64,000 nt of DNA. It comes from a virus. Under the pieces are notes generated by a model. The model was not told the origin of the DNA. It ran no database searches and saw only the letters and a list, made by a program, of their open reading frames with translations. This document shows, one piece after another, positions 19,481 to 29,038 of this stretch. The position numbers and the translations under genes are program-made. Every line of letters starts with the position of its first letter. The stretch's first letter is position 1. The stretch covers positions 64,001 through 128,000 of the IMG/VR virus record IMGVR_UViG_3300046787_000130; one strand, 5' to 3'.

Positions 19481-20545
19481 ATGAAATTATGTATAATCGG
19501 GGACTTGCATTTCGGAATGCGAAATGATAGCCCTATCTTTCATGAACTGTATAAGAACTTCTATCAAAACACCTTGTTCCCCTATTTGGATGAGCATAAC
19601 ATCAATGCCATCTTCCAATTAGGGGACTTGTTTGATAGACGCAAGTTCATCAACTTCCATACACTTGAGCAAGTCAAGTCATACTTCTTTGATGAACTAG
19701 AATCAAGAGGCATTACGTTACATACGCTTCTTGGTAATCATGATGTTTACTGGAAGAATACGTTACAAGTAAACTCTACGTCTCTAGTATTGGGGGAGTA
19801 TGGCAACGTTGTTGTTTATGACACTCCTACTACAGTAGATTTTGGAGGTTTAGCAATAGACGTGATTCCGTGGATTTGCGAAAGTAACGAAGCCCAAGTA
19901 AAGACATTCATATCAGAAACTAGGTCTGAGGTCTGCTTAGGTCATTTCGAGTTGATAGGCTTTGAAATGGACAGAGGAAACGTCTGTCACGAAGGATTTG
20001 ACCCTTCAATGTTGTCTCGCTATGAAACAGTAATGACTGGACACTTCCATCATCCATCATCGAAGAATAACATTGTTTATGTCGGTGCGCCTGGAGAGAT
20101 GACTTGGGCTGATTACAATGACCCAAGAGGCTTCTACATCTATGATACTGATACACGAGAACTAGAATTCATCGTCAATCCGTATACAATCTTCCGTAAG
20201 ATTTTCTATAACGATGATGACTTGTTCCTTAATGATGTACAGAACAAAGACTATTCTGAGTTCAAGGGCAAGTATGTTAAGTTGGTTGTATCAAAGAAGT
20301 CTAATGTATTCTTGTTTGAAACTTTTCTCGACAACCTAACAAAGTCTGGCGCCATAGATGTTTCTGTGGTTGAAGACTTTACGGATGTCAATACATCGGA
20401 TACAATAGGAGAGGTAGACCAAGCAGATGATACTACTACCATCCTTGATAAGTATATTGATGGCATTGAGATTGATTTGAACAAGGTCAAACTGAAGAAC
20501 ATTATTAGAGATATCTACACGGAAGCATTGACTATAGAATCATGA
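19481..20545 (+). CDS. gp47: Recombination endonuclease subunit (Mre11/SbcD-like)
   Basis: D.HFG, GDLFDRR, GNHD, GHFH. Confidence 0.96.
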   Translation: MKLCIIGDLHFGMRNDSPIFHELYKNFYQNTLFPYLDEHNINAIFQLGDLFDRRKFINFHTLEQVKSYFFDELESRGITLHTLLGNHDVYWKNTLQVNSTSLVLGEYGNVVVYDTPTTVDFGGLAIDVIPWICESNEAQVKTFISETRSEVCLGHFELIGFEMDRGNVCHEGFDPSMLSRYETVMTGHFHHPSSKNNIVYVGAPGEMTWADYNDPRGFYIYDTDTRELEFIVNPYTIFRKIFYNDDDLFLNDVQNKDYSEFKGKYVKLVVSKKSNVFLFETFLDNLTKSGAIDVSVVEDFTDVNTSDTIGEVDQADDTTTILDKYIDGIEIDLNKVKLKNIIRDIYTEALTIES

Positions 20546-22254
20546 TTATATTCCAAAACATTCGATGGAAGAATTTCCTGTCTACAGGAAATGTCTTTAC
20601 TGAGTTAGCACTTAACAAGCATAGCAATACGCTGATTGTCGGTGAGAATGGCGCAGGCAAGTCTACGCTACTTGACGCTGTCACGTTTGCTTTGTTTGGT
20701 AAGCCATACCGCAACATTAACAAGCCTCAACTAGTTAACTCTATCAATAACAAGGATTGTCTTGTTGAACTAGAGTTTCAACTAGGCGAGAAGCAGTATC
20801 AGATTCGTAGAGGCATCAAGCCTAACGTGTTTGAGATTAAGTTAGATGGCGAGTTGCTTAACCAAGACTCAAAGGCTAAAGACTATCAGGACATGCTTGA
20901 GCGGTTAATCCTCAAGATGAACCATAAGTCATTTACGCAGATTGTAATCCTTGGTAGTGCTTCATTCACTCCATTTATGCAACTCAACGCAGCTGACCGT
21001 CGTGCTGTTATTGAAGACTTGCTTGACATCCAAATCTTTTCTAACATGAACTCAATCGTGAAAGATAAGGTGAATGGACTCAAGTCTGAAATTAATGAAC
21101 TCAAGATTCGACTTGATAACGTGAAAGAGAAGATTGAACTTCATAAGAAGCATATTGAGGAGATGAAGAAGAATAATCAAGAGATGATTGATGCTAAGCA
21201 GACTGAGTTTGAACAAAACATTACTGCGGTCAAGGCATATCAGGAAGACCAAGAGAAGATTCAGTCTGAAATTGAAGCACTGGTTGAGCAAGTATCTGAC
21301 CTTGTTGCCGTTAGAAGCAAGAACAACAAGTTGATTAGTTTTGAGGCTAAGATTCAACAGAACATTAGCAAAACAGAAAAAGAGTTTGAGTTCTATCACG
21401 ATAACGATAACTGCCCGACTTGTAAGCAGGTGCTAGAGTCTACCTTTAAAGGCGAAAAGATTGTTGAATGCGAACGCAAGTTTGAAGAATACAATAAGGG
21501 TCTTGAGAAGTTAAAGGCAGAGCAAGAGACTGTTACTGCAAGAATCGCAGAGATTGAAGTGGTTAATAAGACCATTTCAAGTCATCAAGCCAATGTTGCT
21601 AGGACTAGTGTTTCTGTTTCTCACCTTCAGAAGTATAATATCAACCTTCAGAAAGAAATTGAAAGGCTAAGTGAAAGCAAGAGCATTAGTGCTGATACCA
21701 AGGAAGAGTCAAAGAAACTTGTTGAAGAGTATACAGGTTACTTAGAACGTCGCAAGGTAGCAACAGAAGAGAAGCAATACTATGACATTGCTGCTCAACT
21801 ACTGAAGGATGGTGGCATCAAGGCTAAGATTATCAAGCAGTACTTGCCTGTCATCAATAAACTGGTAAATAAGTATCTTGCGTCTATGGACTTCTTTGTC
21901 AACTTTAACATTGATGAAGAGTTCAAAGAGACTATCAAGTCAAGACATCGTGATGATTTCAGTTATGAAAACTTTTCAGAAGGTGAGAAGCAGAAGATTG
22001 ACTTATCGCTACTCTTGACTTGGCGCGCGATTGCGCGTATGAAGAACAGCGTCAATACCAACTTGCTCATCCTAGATGAGACATTTGACTCAAGTCTAGA
22101 TGGTAAGGGTACTGACTCATTGCTACAGATTCTTCAGACTCTACCAGATAACACTAATGTTTTTGTTATCTCGCACAAAGACCAACTGTTTGATAAATTT
22201 GCTAACGCTATTCGCTTTGAGAAAAAGCAAAACTTTTCGAGGATTGCCCCATGA
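20542..22254 (+). CDS. gp46: Recombination endonuclease ATPase (Rad50/SbcC-like)
   Basis: GENGAGKST, CPTC hook, FSEGEK, LDE.FD. Confidence 0.96.
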   Translation: MIIFQNIRWKNFLSTGNVFTELALNKHSNTLIVGENGAGKSTLLDAVTFALFGKPYRNINKPQLVNSINNKDCLVELEFQLGEKQYQIRRGIKPNVFEIKLDGELLNQDSKAKDYQDMLERLILKMNHKSFTQIVILGSASFTPFMQLNAADRRAVIEDLLDIQIFSNMNSIVKDKVNGLKSEINELKIRLDNVKEKIELHKKHIEEMKKNNQEMIDAKQTEFEQNITAVKAYQEDQEKIQSEIEALVEQVSDLVAVRSKNNKLISFEAKIQQNISKTEKEFEFYHDNDNCPTCKQVLESTFKGEKIVECERKFEEYNKGLEKLKAEQETVTARIAEIEVVNKTISSHQANVARTSVSVSHLQKYNINLQKEIERLSESKSISADTKEESKKLVEEYTGYLERRKVATEEKQYYDIAAQLLKDGGIKAKIIKQYLPVINKLVNKYLASMDFFVNFNIDEEFKETIKSRHRDDFSYENFSEGEKQKIDLSLLLTWRAIARMKNSVNTNLLILDETFDSSLDGKGTDSLLQILQTLPDNTNVFVISHKDQLFDKFANAIRFEKKQNFSRIAP

Positions 22255-22838
22255 GTAAGATGGTTAAGTTTGTTAATGGTCATATGATTTCGTATGAAGT
22301 ACTAAAACTAGTTGATAAGTATGACCCTATCCTACATAAGCCAACAATCCCTGTTGACTTTAACAACTTACAAGAGCAGCAAATAGACACAGCTGAATTG
22401 GCTTATTCGCTTGTAGAAACTATGAATAAGTTAGGTGGTCTGGGTTTATCTGCTAATCAGGTTGGCATCCCTTATCGCGTATGTGCTATTAATGTCGGTA
22501 AGGAAGCACACATACTTTTCAACCCAAGAGTAGTCATGATTTCTGGTAATGTATCTAAGTTAAAGGAAGGCTGTTTGTCATTTCCTGGGCTTTATCTAGA
22601 AGTTGGTAGACCTGAACTGGTAACTGTTGAGTTTTACGGTATTGATGGTGCTAAGCAAATTCAAACTTATGAGGGAGTCCATGCTATTTGTGTACAGCAT
22701 GAGATTGACCACCTAGATGGTATTTGCTACACGAAGAAAGTTTCTCCATTAGTTCTTGAACGTGAGAAGAAAAAGGTCAAAAAGAACATGCGCAAAATCA
22801 AGGAAGCAGCGCAAAGAATAGCCCGAAATTCTAACTAA
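22251..22838 (+). CDS. def: Peptide deformylase
   Basis: GLGLSANQVG, EGCLS, QHEIDHLDG. Confidence 0.95.
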   Translation: MSKMVKFVNGHMISYEVLKLVDKYDPILHKPTIPVDFNNLQEQQIDTAELAYSLVETMNKLGGLGLSANQVGIPYRVCAINVGKEAHILFNPRVVMISGNVSKLKEGCLSFPGLYLEVGRPELVTVEFYGIDGAKQIQTYEGVHAICVQHEIDHLDGICYTKKVSPLVLEREKKKVKKNMRKIKEAAQRIARNSN

Positions 22839-22890
22839 TTGATTTTACAGAAGTTTTCTGCATCGACTTTTTATCAGAATCCGGTATTAT
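22832..22890 (+). promoter_or_regulatory. Early promoter P1 with upstream IHF box
   Basis: TAACTAATTGATT-18 nt-TCGACT-16 nt-TATTAT. Confidence 0.75.
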
Positions 22891-22943
22891 ATACCTATGA
22901 TGAAAACTTATGAAGTGCTGACGTGGGCGCATGCGCATAATCG

Positions 22944-23002
22944 TAAGTCATTGATTCTTAACGCTTTTTTGACATTGACTTTTACGCAGTTTCCCGTATA
23001 CT
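22944..23002 (+). promoter_or_regulatory. Early promoter P2 with upstream IHF box
   Basis: TAAGTCATTGATT-18 nt-TTGACT-16 nt-TATACT. Confidence 0.8.
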
Positions 23003-23026
23003 TTAAGGGTAACTGAGGAAAACATT

Positions 23027-25234
23027 ATGGAATTAATTCAAAGCAAATCTGTTCTTGCGCGCCTCATGGCTGCTGAGAACATCAACATTCACCACCAGAA
23101 TGTGCCCACGGCATATTTTGACCTCAAGAATCGTTCGCTTGTCCTGCCCATGTGGGGTGAGATGGACGGTTACATGTATGACCTGCTCTGCGGTCATGAG
23201 GTTGGTCACGCGCTGTACACGCCGTTTGATGGCTGGCATCACAATACGCATAGCAATCCTGCTATGAAGCCATTCCTCAATGTGATTGAGGATGCGCGCA
23301 TTGAGAAGCGCATCAAGTCAAAGTTTCCTGGGCTGTCCAAGTCATTTGCTCAGGCTTATGCTGACCTGTATGAGCGTGATTTCTTTGGCATCAAGAAGAT
23401 TGATGACCTCAATACACTGAACCTCATTGACCGCATTAACTTGTATTTCAAGTTGGGCGCGCACGTCATCGTGCCGTTCACCGATGCTGAACGTGTGTTT
23501 GTTCGTGATACCAGCAACGCTGAAACGTGGGATGACGTGGTTGAGATTGCCAACCGCGTGTATGCCTATGTCAAGCAGAATGAATCCGACAAACTGAACA
23601 GCGTTCAGGATTTGATGGACAAGTTGGCTGACATGCTACAAGATGACCTTAATGATGTTGAGTCTGATGGTCAATCTGACGATTCTATGGAGTATGATGA
23701 CGCCGAATCTGATGACAGTGAGGATGATGGCGCGTCTGGCGGCATGTCTGACGAATCTGATGGTGATGGCGACGATGATTCTGACGCTGCTGGTTCTACC
23801 GGTGACGATGAAGATTCTGAAAATAGCGAGACTCCCAGCAGCACTACCGGCATGAATGGCGGCGTCAGCGATGACAAGACGCAGACTGAACCGTCATCCA
23901 TCACGGATGATATTTTCCGTCAGCGTGAATCTGAGTTGGTGTCCAACGGCAAGGGCAACGTGTATATGTTTGACCTGCCAATCCCCAACCTGAAGAACAT
24001 TATTGTTCCTGTTGAAACCACGCTCAAAAAGTTTGAGGCTGAGGCTAATCGTTTCAATCTTGATGAGATGACGCGCCAGTCTGTTTCTGAGTTCAACTCG
24101 CGCAACAGCAAGTACATTGCTATGCTGGTCAAGGAATTTGAGATGCGCAAGAATGCCACAGAATATGCCCGTGCGCAAGTTTCTCGCAGTGGTCAACTTG
24201 ACACCAGCAAACTCCATCAGTTCAAGTTGAAGAATGACCTGTTCAAGCGGGTCACTACTATCGGCAAGGGCAAGTCTCACGGCATGCAACTGGTGTTTGA
24301 CATGTCTGGTTCGATGTATGAAATCTTCAAGGAGACTGTTGAGCAGATTCTTGTGCTTTCGGTGTTCTGTAAGCGCGTCAACATTCCGTTTGAGGTGTAT
24401 GGCTTTACTGACATTCGGCGTCTGAACCCTCATGCTGGTCAGCGTTGGACACGCGGTTATGGTGAATCTGAGGCTGCGCGTAATGCCAAGCCTACCATGT
24501 ATGGTGACCCGCATTTTAGCCTCATCAAGTACCTGTCGTCAGATATGTCGGCTAGCACATACCGTCGTGCGTTTAACATGCTTGCCACCGTTGCCATGAA
24601 GTACAACAAGCACAACAACTATTTTGGTGCTGCTATGAGTTGGGATACTGCTGGCTTTGAACTTGGTGGCACGCCACTGGCTGAGACCATGATAACCATG
24701 CGCACGCTGGCTGAACAGTTTAAGCATCGCACGGGTGTTGACCACGTCAATCTGGTCATCATGACTGACGGTGAAGGGCACGGCAACAGCACCAGTCACT
24801 CTTATAACTACGCACAAGACACTGCTTATGTTGTTGACCCGCAGAACAAGGAACGTCAGAAGATATACGGCAACCAATATGGCATAAATGAAGCCGTTGA
24901 GAAACTTGTACACAAGTCGCTGTCTCAACTAGGCATCAAGGTGATTGGCTACTACATTGCCAAGCATGCTCGCCATCTCGCGTATGCTTGCCGTAGCGTC
25001 AATGCTACTGCTATGAAGGCTGCTATCAAGAAGCAGGGATTCTTTGTTGAAACCAATCGAATTGGTTTTGACAAGTATTTCCTGCTCCCGATTGGTGAGG
25101 CTCAGGCTGAAACTATGGGTGACGTTGACGCCACAAATAAGAATGCGCTGCGCACTGCCTTCAAGCAGATGCAAAAGGGCAAGCAAGCCAACCGTGCACT
25201 CGCAACCAACTTTGCCAAGGAGATTGCACTGTAA
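23027..25234 (+). CDS. CobT-like protein: HExxH peptidase-like domain, acidic linker, VWA domain
   Basis: HEVGH, NVIEDARIE, D/E-rich linker, DMSGS MIDAS, GGTPL, TDGE. Confidence 0.85.
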   Translation: MELIQSKSVLARLMAAENINIHHQNVPTAYFDLKNRSLVLPMWGEMDGYMYDLLCGHEVGHALYTPFDGWHHNTHSNPAMKPFLNVIEDARIEKRIKSKFPGLSKSFAQAYADLYERDFFGIKKIDDLNTLNLIDRINLYFKLGAHVIVPFTDAERVFVRDTSNAETWDDVVEIANRVYAYVKQNESDKLNSVQDLMDKLADMLQDDLNDVESDGQSDDSMEYDDAESDDSEDDGASGGMSDESDGDGDDDSDAAGSTGDDEDSENSETPSSTTGMNGGVSDDKTQTEPSSITDDIFRQRESELVSNGKGNVYMFDLPIPNLKNIIVPVETTLKKFEAEANRFNLDEMTRQSVSEFNSRNSKYIAMLVKEFEMRKNATEYARAQVSRSGQLDTSKLHQFKLKNDLFKRVTTIGKGKSHGMQLVFDMSGSMYEIFKETVEQILVLSVFCKRVNIPFEVYGFTDIRRLNPHAGQRWTRGYGESEAARNAKPTMYGDPHFSLIKYLSSDMSASTYRRAFNMLATVAMKYNKHNNYFGAAMSWDTAGFELGGTPLAETMITMRTLAEQFKHRTGVDHVNLVIMTDGEGHGNSTSHSYNYAQDTAYVVDPQNKERQKIYGNQYGINEAVEKLVHKSLSQLGIKVIGYYIAKHARHLAYACRSVNATAMKAAIKKQGFFVETNRIGFDKYFLLPIGEAQAETMGDVDATNKNALRTAFKQMQKGKQANRALATNFAKEIAL

Positions 25235-25245
25235 TGGTGAAAACG

Positions 25246-25304
25246 TAAGTGATTGATTCTACAAAAGAATTTCCCATCGACTTTTTCGCAGATTCCAGTA
25301 TACT
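25246..25304 (+). promoter_or_regulatory. Early promoter P3 with upstream IHF box
   Basis: TAAGTGATTGATT-18 nt-TCGACT-16 nt-TATACT. Confidence 0.8.
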
Positions 25305-25341
25305 TTATATATGATGAATAATTCAAGTGAGGTTTGATAGT

Positions 25342-26574
25342 ATGTACGCTCCCAATTTTACTGCTGCTGAGCAGATTGCTCTGCTGGATAAACTTGCCAA
25401 GCACTACAAGAGCAGCGAGTTGACCACCAAGCAGATTCTGGACTATGCTGATGCCAACGGCATCAAGATTCCATACTTCATTTTGAATAGCAAGACTCGC
25501 AAGGTTGGTCGTGGCTTGTTTGACGTATCCACCAGTGGCGCTGCGGCTGCTGGTTCGCGCAAGCCCAAGGCAGACGCTGCGGCATCCCCTGCCGCACCTG
25601 CCCCTGCTGCTGAGGCTCAGGTTGCGATGGTCGCGCAGGTGGTTTCTCTGCCCACCAAGCGTGCTGCCAACGTGACTGAATCCTATGTGCCTGAACTGAA
25701 TCGCACGTATGTGCCGTTTGGTTTCTTCAATGACCTGAAGAACATTATCAAGTCTGGTGTGTTCTATCCGGTGTACATCACTGGCTTGTCCGGCAACGGC
25801 AAGACATTCATGGTGGAGCAGATTTGCGCGCAACTCAAGCGTGAACTCATCCGCGTGAACATCACCAAGCGCAGCGATGAGGATGCCCTGATTGGTTCCT
25901 ATGAACTGATTGACGGCAACACCGTGCGCCGTGAAGGTCCAGTGCTGACTGCGATGCGTCGTGGTGCGGTGCTGCTGCTTGACGAAACGGACTATGGCAC
26001 TGAGGATTTGCTGTGCCTTCAGCCCATCCTTGAGGGCAAGCCATACTTCGACAAGAAGACTGGTGAGGTGATTCACCCTGCCAAGGGTTTCACCGTGCTG
26101 GCTACTGCCAACACCAAGGGCAAGGGTTCAGATGATGGTCGGTTCATCGGTGCTAACACGCTGAATGAAGCATTCCTTGAGCGTTTTGCCATCACCGTTG
26201 AGCAGGAGTACCCGCCTGTTGCGACTGAGCGCAAGATTCTGAGCAAGAATTTTGCTGAACTTAACATCAATGACGACAAGTTCATTGACCATCTCATCAC
26301 CTGGGCTGAGGTCATTCGCAAGACTTTCAATGAGGGTGGTGTTGAGGAAGTCATCAGCACGCGCCGTCTGGTTCACATTGCCAAGGCATACAGCATCTTC
26401 AAGAGCCGCAAGAAGGCTGTTGAACTCTGCCTAAACCGCTTTGACAATGAAACCAAGACGGGTTTTCTTGACCTGTACACCAAGGTTGACCCTGAAGTGA
26501 GCAGCGCAAACACCGCAGCCCCTGAAACGGCGCAGACTGAAGAACACCAGATGGATAGTGACATCCCGTTCTAA
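25342..26574 (+). CDS. MoxR/CobS-like AAA+ ATPase
   Basis: GLSGNGKT, LLLDE, ATANTKGKGS.DGRF, NEAFLERF, STRRL; GAGG RBS before ATG 25342. Confidence 0.92.
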   Translation: MYAPNFTAAEQIALLDKLAKHYKSSELTTKQILDYADANGIKIPYFILNSKTRKVGRGLFDVSTSGAAAAGSRKPKADAAASPAAPAPAAEAQVAMVAQVVSLPTKRAANVTESYVPELNRTYVPFGFFNDLKNIIKSGVFYPVYITGLSGNGKTFMVEQICAQLKRELIRVNITKRSDEDALIGSYELIDGNTVRREGPVLTAMRRGAVLLLDETDYGTEDLLCLQPILEGKPYFDKKTGEVIHPAKGFTVLATANTKGKGSDDGRFIGANTLNEAFLERFAITVEQEYPPVATERKILSKNFAELNINDDKFIDHLITWAEVIRKTFNEGGVEEVISTRRLVHIAKAYSIFKSRKKAVELCLNRFDNETKTGFLDLYTKVDPEVSSANTAAPETAQTEEHQMDSDIPF

Positions 26575-26576
26575 GT

Positions 26577-26605
26577 TTGCCTTTTCAAGCATTCAGGCGT
26601 ATAAT
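26577..26605 (+). promoter_or_regulatory. Sigma70-type promoter
   Basis: TTGCCT-17 nt-TATAAT. Confidence 0.65.
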
Positions 26606-26673
26606 AATCTTGTTGGATGTAAATGTCACCGCATCCAACAAGGCTTTTTCTTGGTGACAAATTGGAGTTGATT

Positions 26674-26955
26674 ATGTCCGCAGTTGAATCGTTTTATACT
26701 TACCTTGCTGAAGGCAATACCGTAACCACTCGCGCTGCCCGCGCAATGTTCAAGGTTGAGCACGTCAGCACTCTAGTGTACCGTTTGCGCAATGCTGGTG
26801 TTCCGGTTTACACCAACCGCTACACGACCAGCCGTGGTGAGCGCACCTTTGCCTATCGCATTGGTCAGCCATCTGAAGCATTTGAGAATGCTCTCAGCAC
26901 TCGTCATAAGGCACGTGCTCGCAAGGCACTCTACCGTCAGGCTGTTGGCGCATAA
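26674..26955 (+). CDS. Putative winged-helix DNA-binding protein
   Basis: T...AR..F.V..VS..VY.LR..G..VY.N pattern; GGAG RBS. Confidence 0.6.
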   Translation: MSAVESFYTYLAEGNTVTTRAARAMFKVEHVSTLVYRLRNAGVPVYTNRYTTSRGERTFAYRIGQPSEAFENALSTRHKARARKALYRQAVGA

Positions 26956-26981
26956 GTATAAGTCACCTTGCTTGTGACTTT

Positions 26982-27007
26982 GGGGGAGCAGAAATGCTCC
27001 CCTTTTT
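26982..27007 (+). terminator. Rho-independent terminator
   Basis: GGGGAGCA-GAAA-TGCTCCCC-TTTTT. Confidence 0.9.
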
Positions 27008-27063
27008 ATTTTGTATTCCACATATATAATCTATAATAAGGCTATGTGTAATGGAGATGCTGT

Positions 27064-28404
27064 ATGGTAACTGTAATTGTAGCAAAATCAAAATTGGATT
27101 GTGAACAACTGCTTGGACAGTTTGTAGATGAATCGCATTATGATGTCGTTGTAGATATGGATGTTGATTGCTACATGCCCCGTAACTGTAATGCTGCTGA
27201 GATTCTAGATTGTAACCAAGATTGCAATAATTGCGATAAAGGGCAAGATGAGAGCCGTATTGCTTTCAAGTTCAGAAAGAATTGGTTCACTAAGGAAGAA
27301 CAAGAGCAAGCCTATGAAGGGTTGCGAGATGCCGCTACACCATCAAACAATCGCGGTATTGCTGCTGGACCAAGAGGCAGTTATTCAGGCTCACGTTGGT
27401 ATGTTACTGACTATCAGCAGAAGATTCTAGACTACATTGAACAGGAACCTGAAACATCTTTCACGCCATTCAAAGATATTCTAAAAGAGATTGATGCTAA
27501 AGAATCAAAGGAGCATAGCACTCATGGCGCTGTTTGGCTCACTGCTCAGATTGAAGAAGACAAGTTTGATTTTGATAAGTGGGTCAAGCAAACTATTAAA
27601 ATGACTGTTGCTGAACGCAAAGCAGCGGCTGCTGATGTAGTCAAGAATTATATCTCAGGCACTCACTATGCTAACAAAGTCAATTCAGGTATTGCCGGAT
27701 GGTATGACCGTTATCCCCGCGCACCTTTTGGTCGCGCAACAGCATACACGCAGCATCACTATAGTAAGTTTGAAAAGTCATTTCCATTCCTACAGTCTCT
27801 GAATAGAGGTTTCAAAGAGTTGATGCCACAGCGTTGGAGCAACCAACGTAAAGCCGCTGATACACTTGACCAACGGTTCCTAGTTCCTGACACCGTGTTT
27901 ACAACCATTACAGTAAACAAGACTTTCAGAACGGCTTGCCATCGTGACGCAGGCGACTTCAATGATGGGTTGAGCAACTTGCTTGTACTGTCTAACAACG
28001 GCAAGTACAGAGGCGGCTATCTAGTGTTTCCTGAATACCGAATCGCAGTAGATGTTCGTCCCGGTGACTTATTGCTAGTTAACAATCATGAAATTATTCA
28101 CGGCAATACTCCCATTGAAACATATGATGATGGTGAGCGTATTAGCCTAGTTTGCTATTTGCGTGAAGGGATGCTTGAGTTGGGTTCTAAGGAATATGAA
28201 GATGCGCGGTTCAACTTCGTAGAAGAGCGCAAGCGTAACAAGGAACATCCTGACTGGCGCAAAGGCTGGAATGGCATCAGTCCAGGAATGTGGACACATC
28301 ATGAATGGTATGACTATCTGCGAGAGTTAGATGAGACAATGCTAGCAAAGTATCATCCTGAAGTAATAGCAACTACATCAGCATTAGATTCACTCTGGGA
28401 TTGA
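27064..28404 (+). CDS. TET/JBP-family 2OG-Fe(II) dioxygenase (nucleic-acid base hydroxylase)
   Basis: FTTITVN..FRTACHRDAGD (HxD), GGYLVFP, GDLLL.N.H..IHGNT (distal H), RISLVCY.R (2OG-binding Arg). Confidence 0.8.
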   Translation: MVTVIVAKSKLDCEQLLGQFVDESHYDVVVDMDVDCYMPRNCNAAEILDCNQDCNNCDKGQDESRIAFKFRKNWFTKEEQEQAYEGLRDAATPSNNRGIAAGPRGSYSGSRWYVTDYQQKILDYIEQEPETSFTPFKDILKEIDAKESKEHSTHGAVWLTAQIEEDKFDFDKWVKQTIKMTVAERKAAAADVVKNYISGTHYANKVNSGIAGWYDRYPRAPFGRATAYTQHHYSKFEKSFPFLQSLNRGFKELMPQRWSNQRKAADTLDQRFLVPDTVFTTITVNKTFRTACHRDAGDFNDGLSNLLVLSNNGKYRGGYLVFPEYRIAVDVRPGDLLLVNNHEIIHGNTPIETYDDGERISLVCYLREGMLELGSKEYEDARFNFVEERKRNKEHPDWRKGWNGISPGMWTHHEWYDYLRELDETMLAKYHPEVIATTSALDSLWD

Positions 28405-28405
28405 T

Positions 28406-29038
28406 ATGTGCGCAGTAATTGGAGTTGACCTCAAGAATCCTTCAATGGATGACTTGCATCTTGTTATGAATGTCTTCCTTGAATCTAAGATTCGTGGAAT
28501 GCACGCAACAGGCTTAACCTTTCTATGTGATAACAAACTAATAACATTGATTGCGCCATTGCCGGCAGATAAGTTTTCTCCGATTGAAAACCTATTAGAT
28601 ATGGTAGACAACAACGCGCTTAAACTAATTGGTCATTGTCGGTATAGCACTAGTGACCTTGAATATAATCAACCGCTATACAATAATGATGTTGCCATCG
28701 TTCATAATGGCGTTATCTCTCAGGAACTACCTGAGAACTGGGAGAAGTTGTATGGGATTACTACAAAGACTAAAAACGATAGTGAACTGTTATTGCACAC
28801 AGTCGCTGATAGTCCTCTTATGCTATGGTCTAACGCTAGCATTGCTGCTATTGAGTTGCATCGCAGCGGTGTAATGAAGGCTTATCGAAATGGTAAGCGA
28901 CCGCTGTATGTAACTGAACTAGATAATGGTGTTATCTATACGTCAACTGCTGATATCATGTACAGAGCATCTAAAGGCAGGTATGTTGCCAAGCGGCTTG
29001 ATTTTGAAGGAAAGGATTTACAGTGGACTATCGCTTAA
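28406..29038 (+). CDS. Stand-alone class II (Ntn) glutamine amidotransferase
   Basis: N-terminal M-C nucleophile, RG.HATG, GHCRYST, QP, HNGVI, DSE; no synthase domain. Confidence 0.85.
   Translation: MCAVIGVDLKNPSMDDLHLVMNVFLESKIRGMHATGLTFLCDNKLITLIAPLPADKFSPIENLLDMVDNNALKLIGHCRYSTSDLEYNQPLYNNDVAIVHNGVISQELPENWEKLYGITTKTKNDSELLLHTVADSPLMLWSNASIAAIELHRSGVMKAYRNGKRPLYVTELDNGVIYTSTADIMYRASKGRYVAKRLDFEGKDLQWTIA

Noticed and set aside
25102-26076. 324-aa minus-strand ORF
   Set aside because: Shadow of the GC-richer AAA+ gene; no motifs or RBS, and the window is otherwise + strand coded
23027-26574. Cobalamin biosynthesis (cobS/cobT) as a metabolic gene pair
   Set aside because: No cobN or other cob genes; the architecture fits a generic MoxR-VWA system
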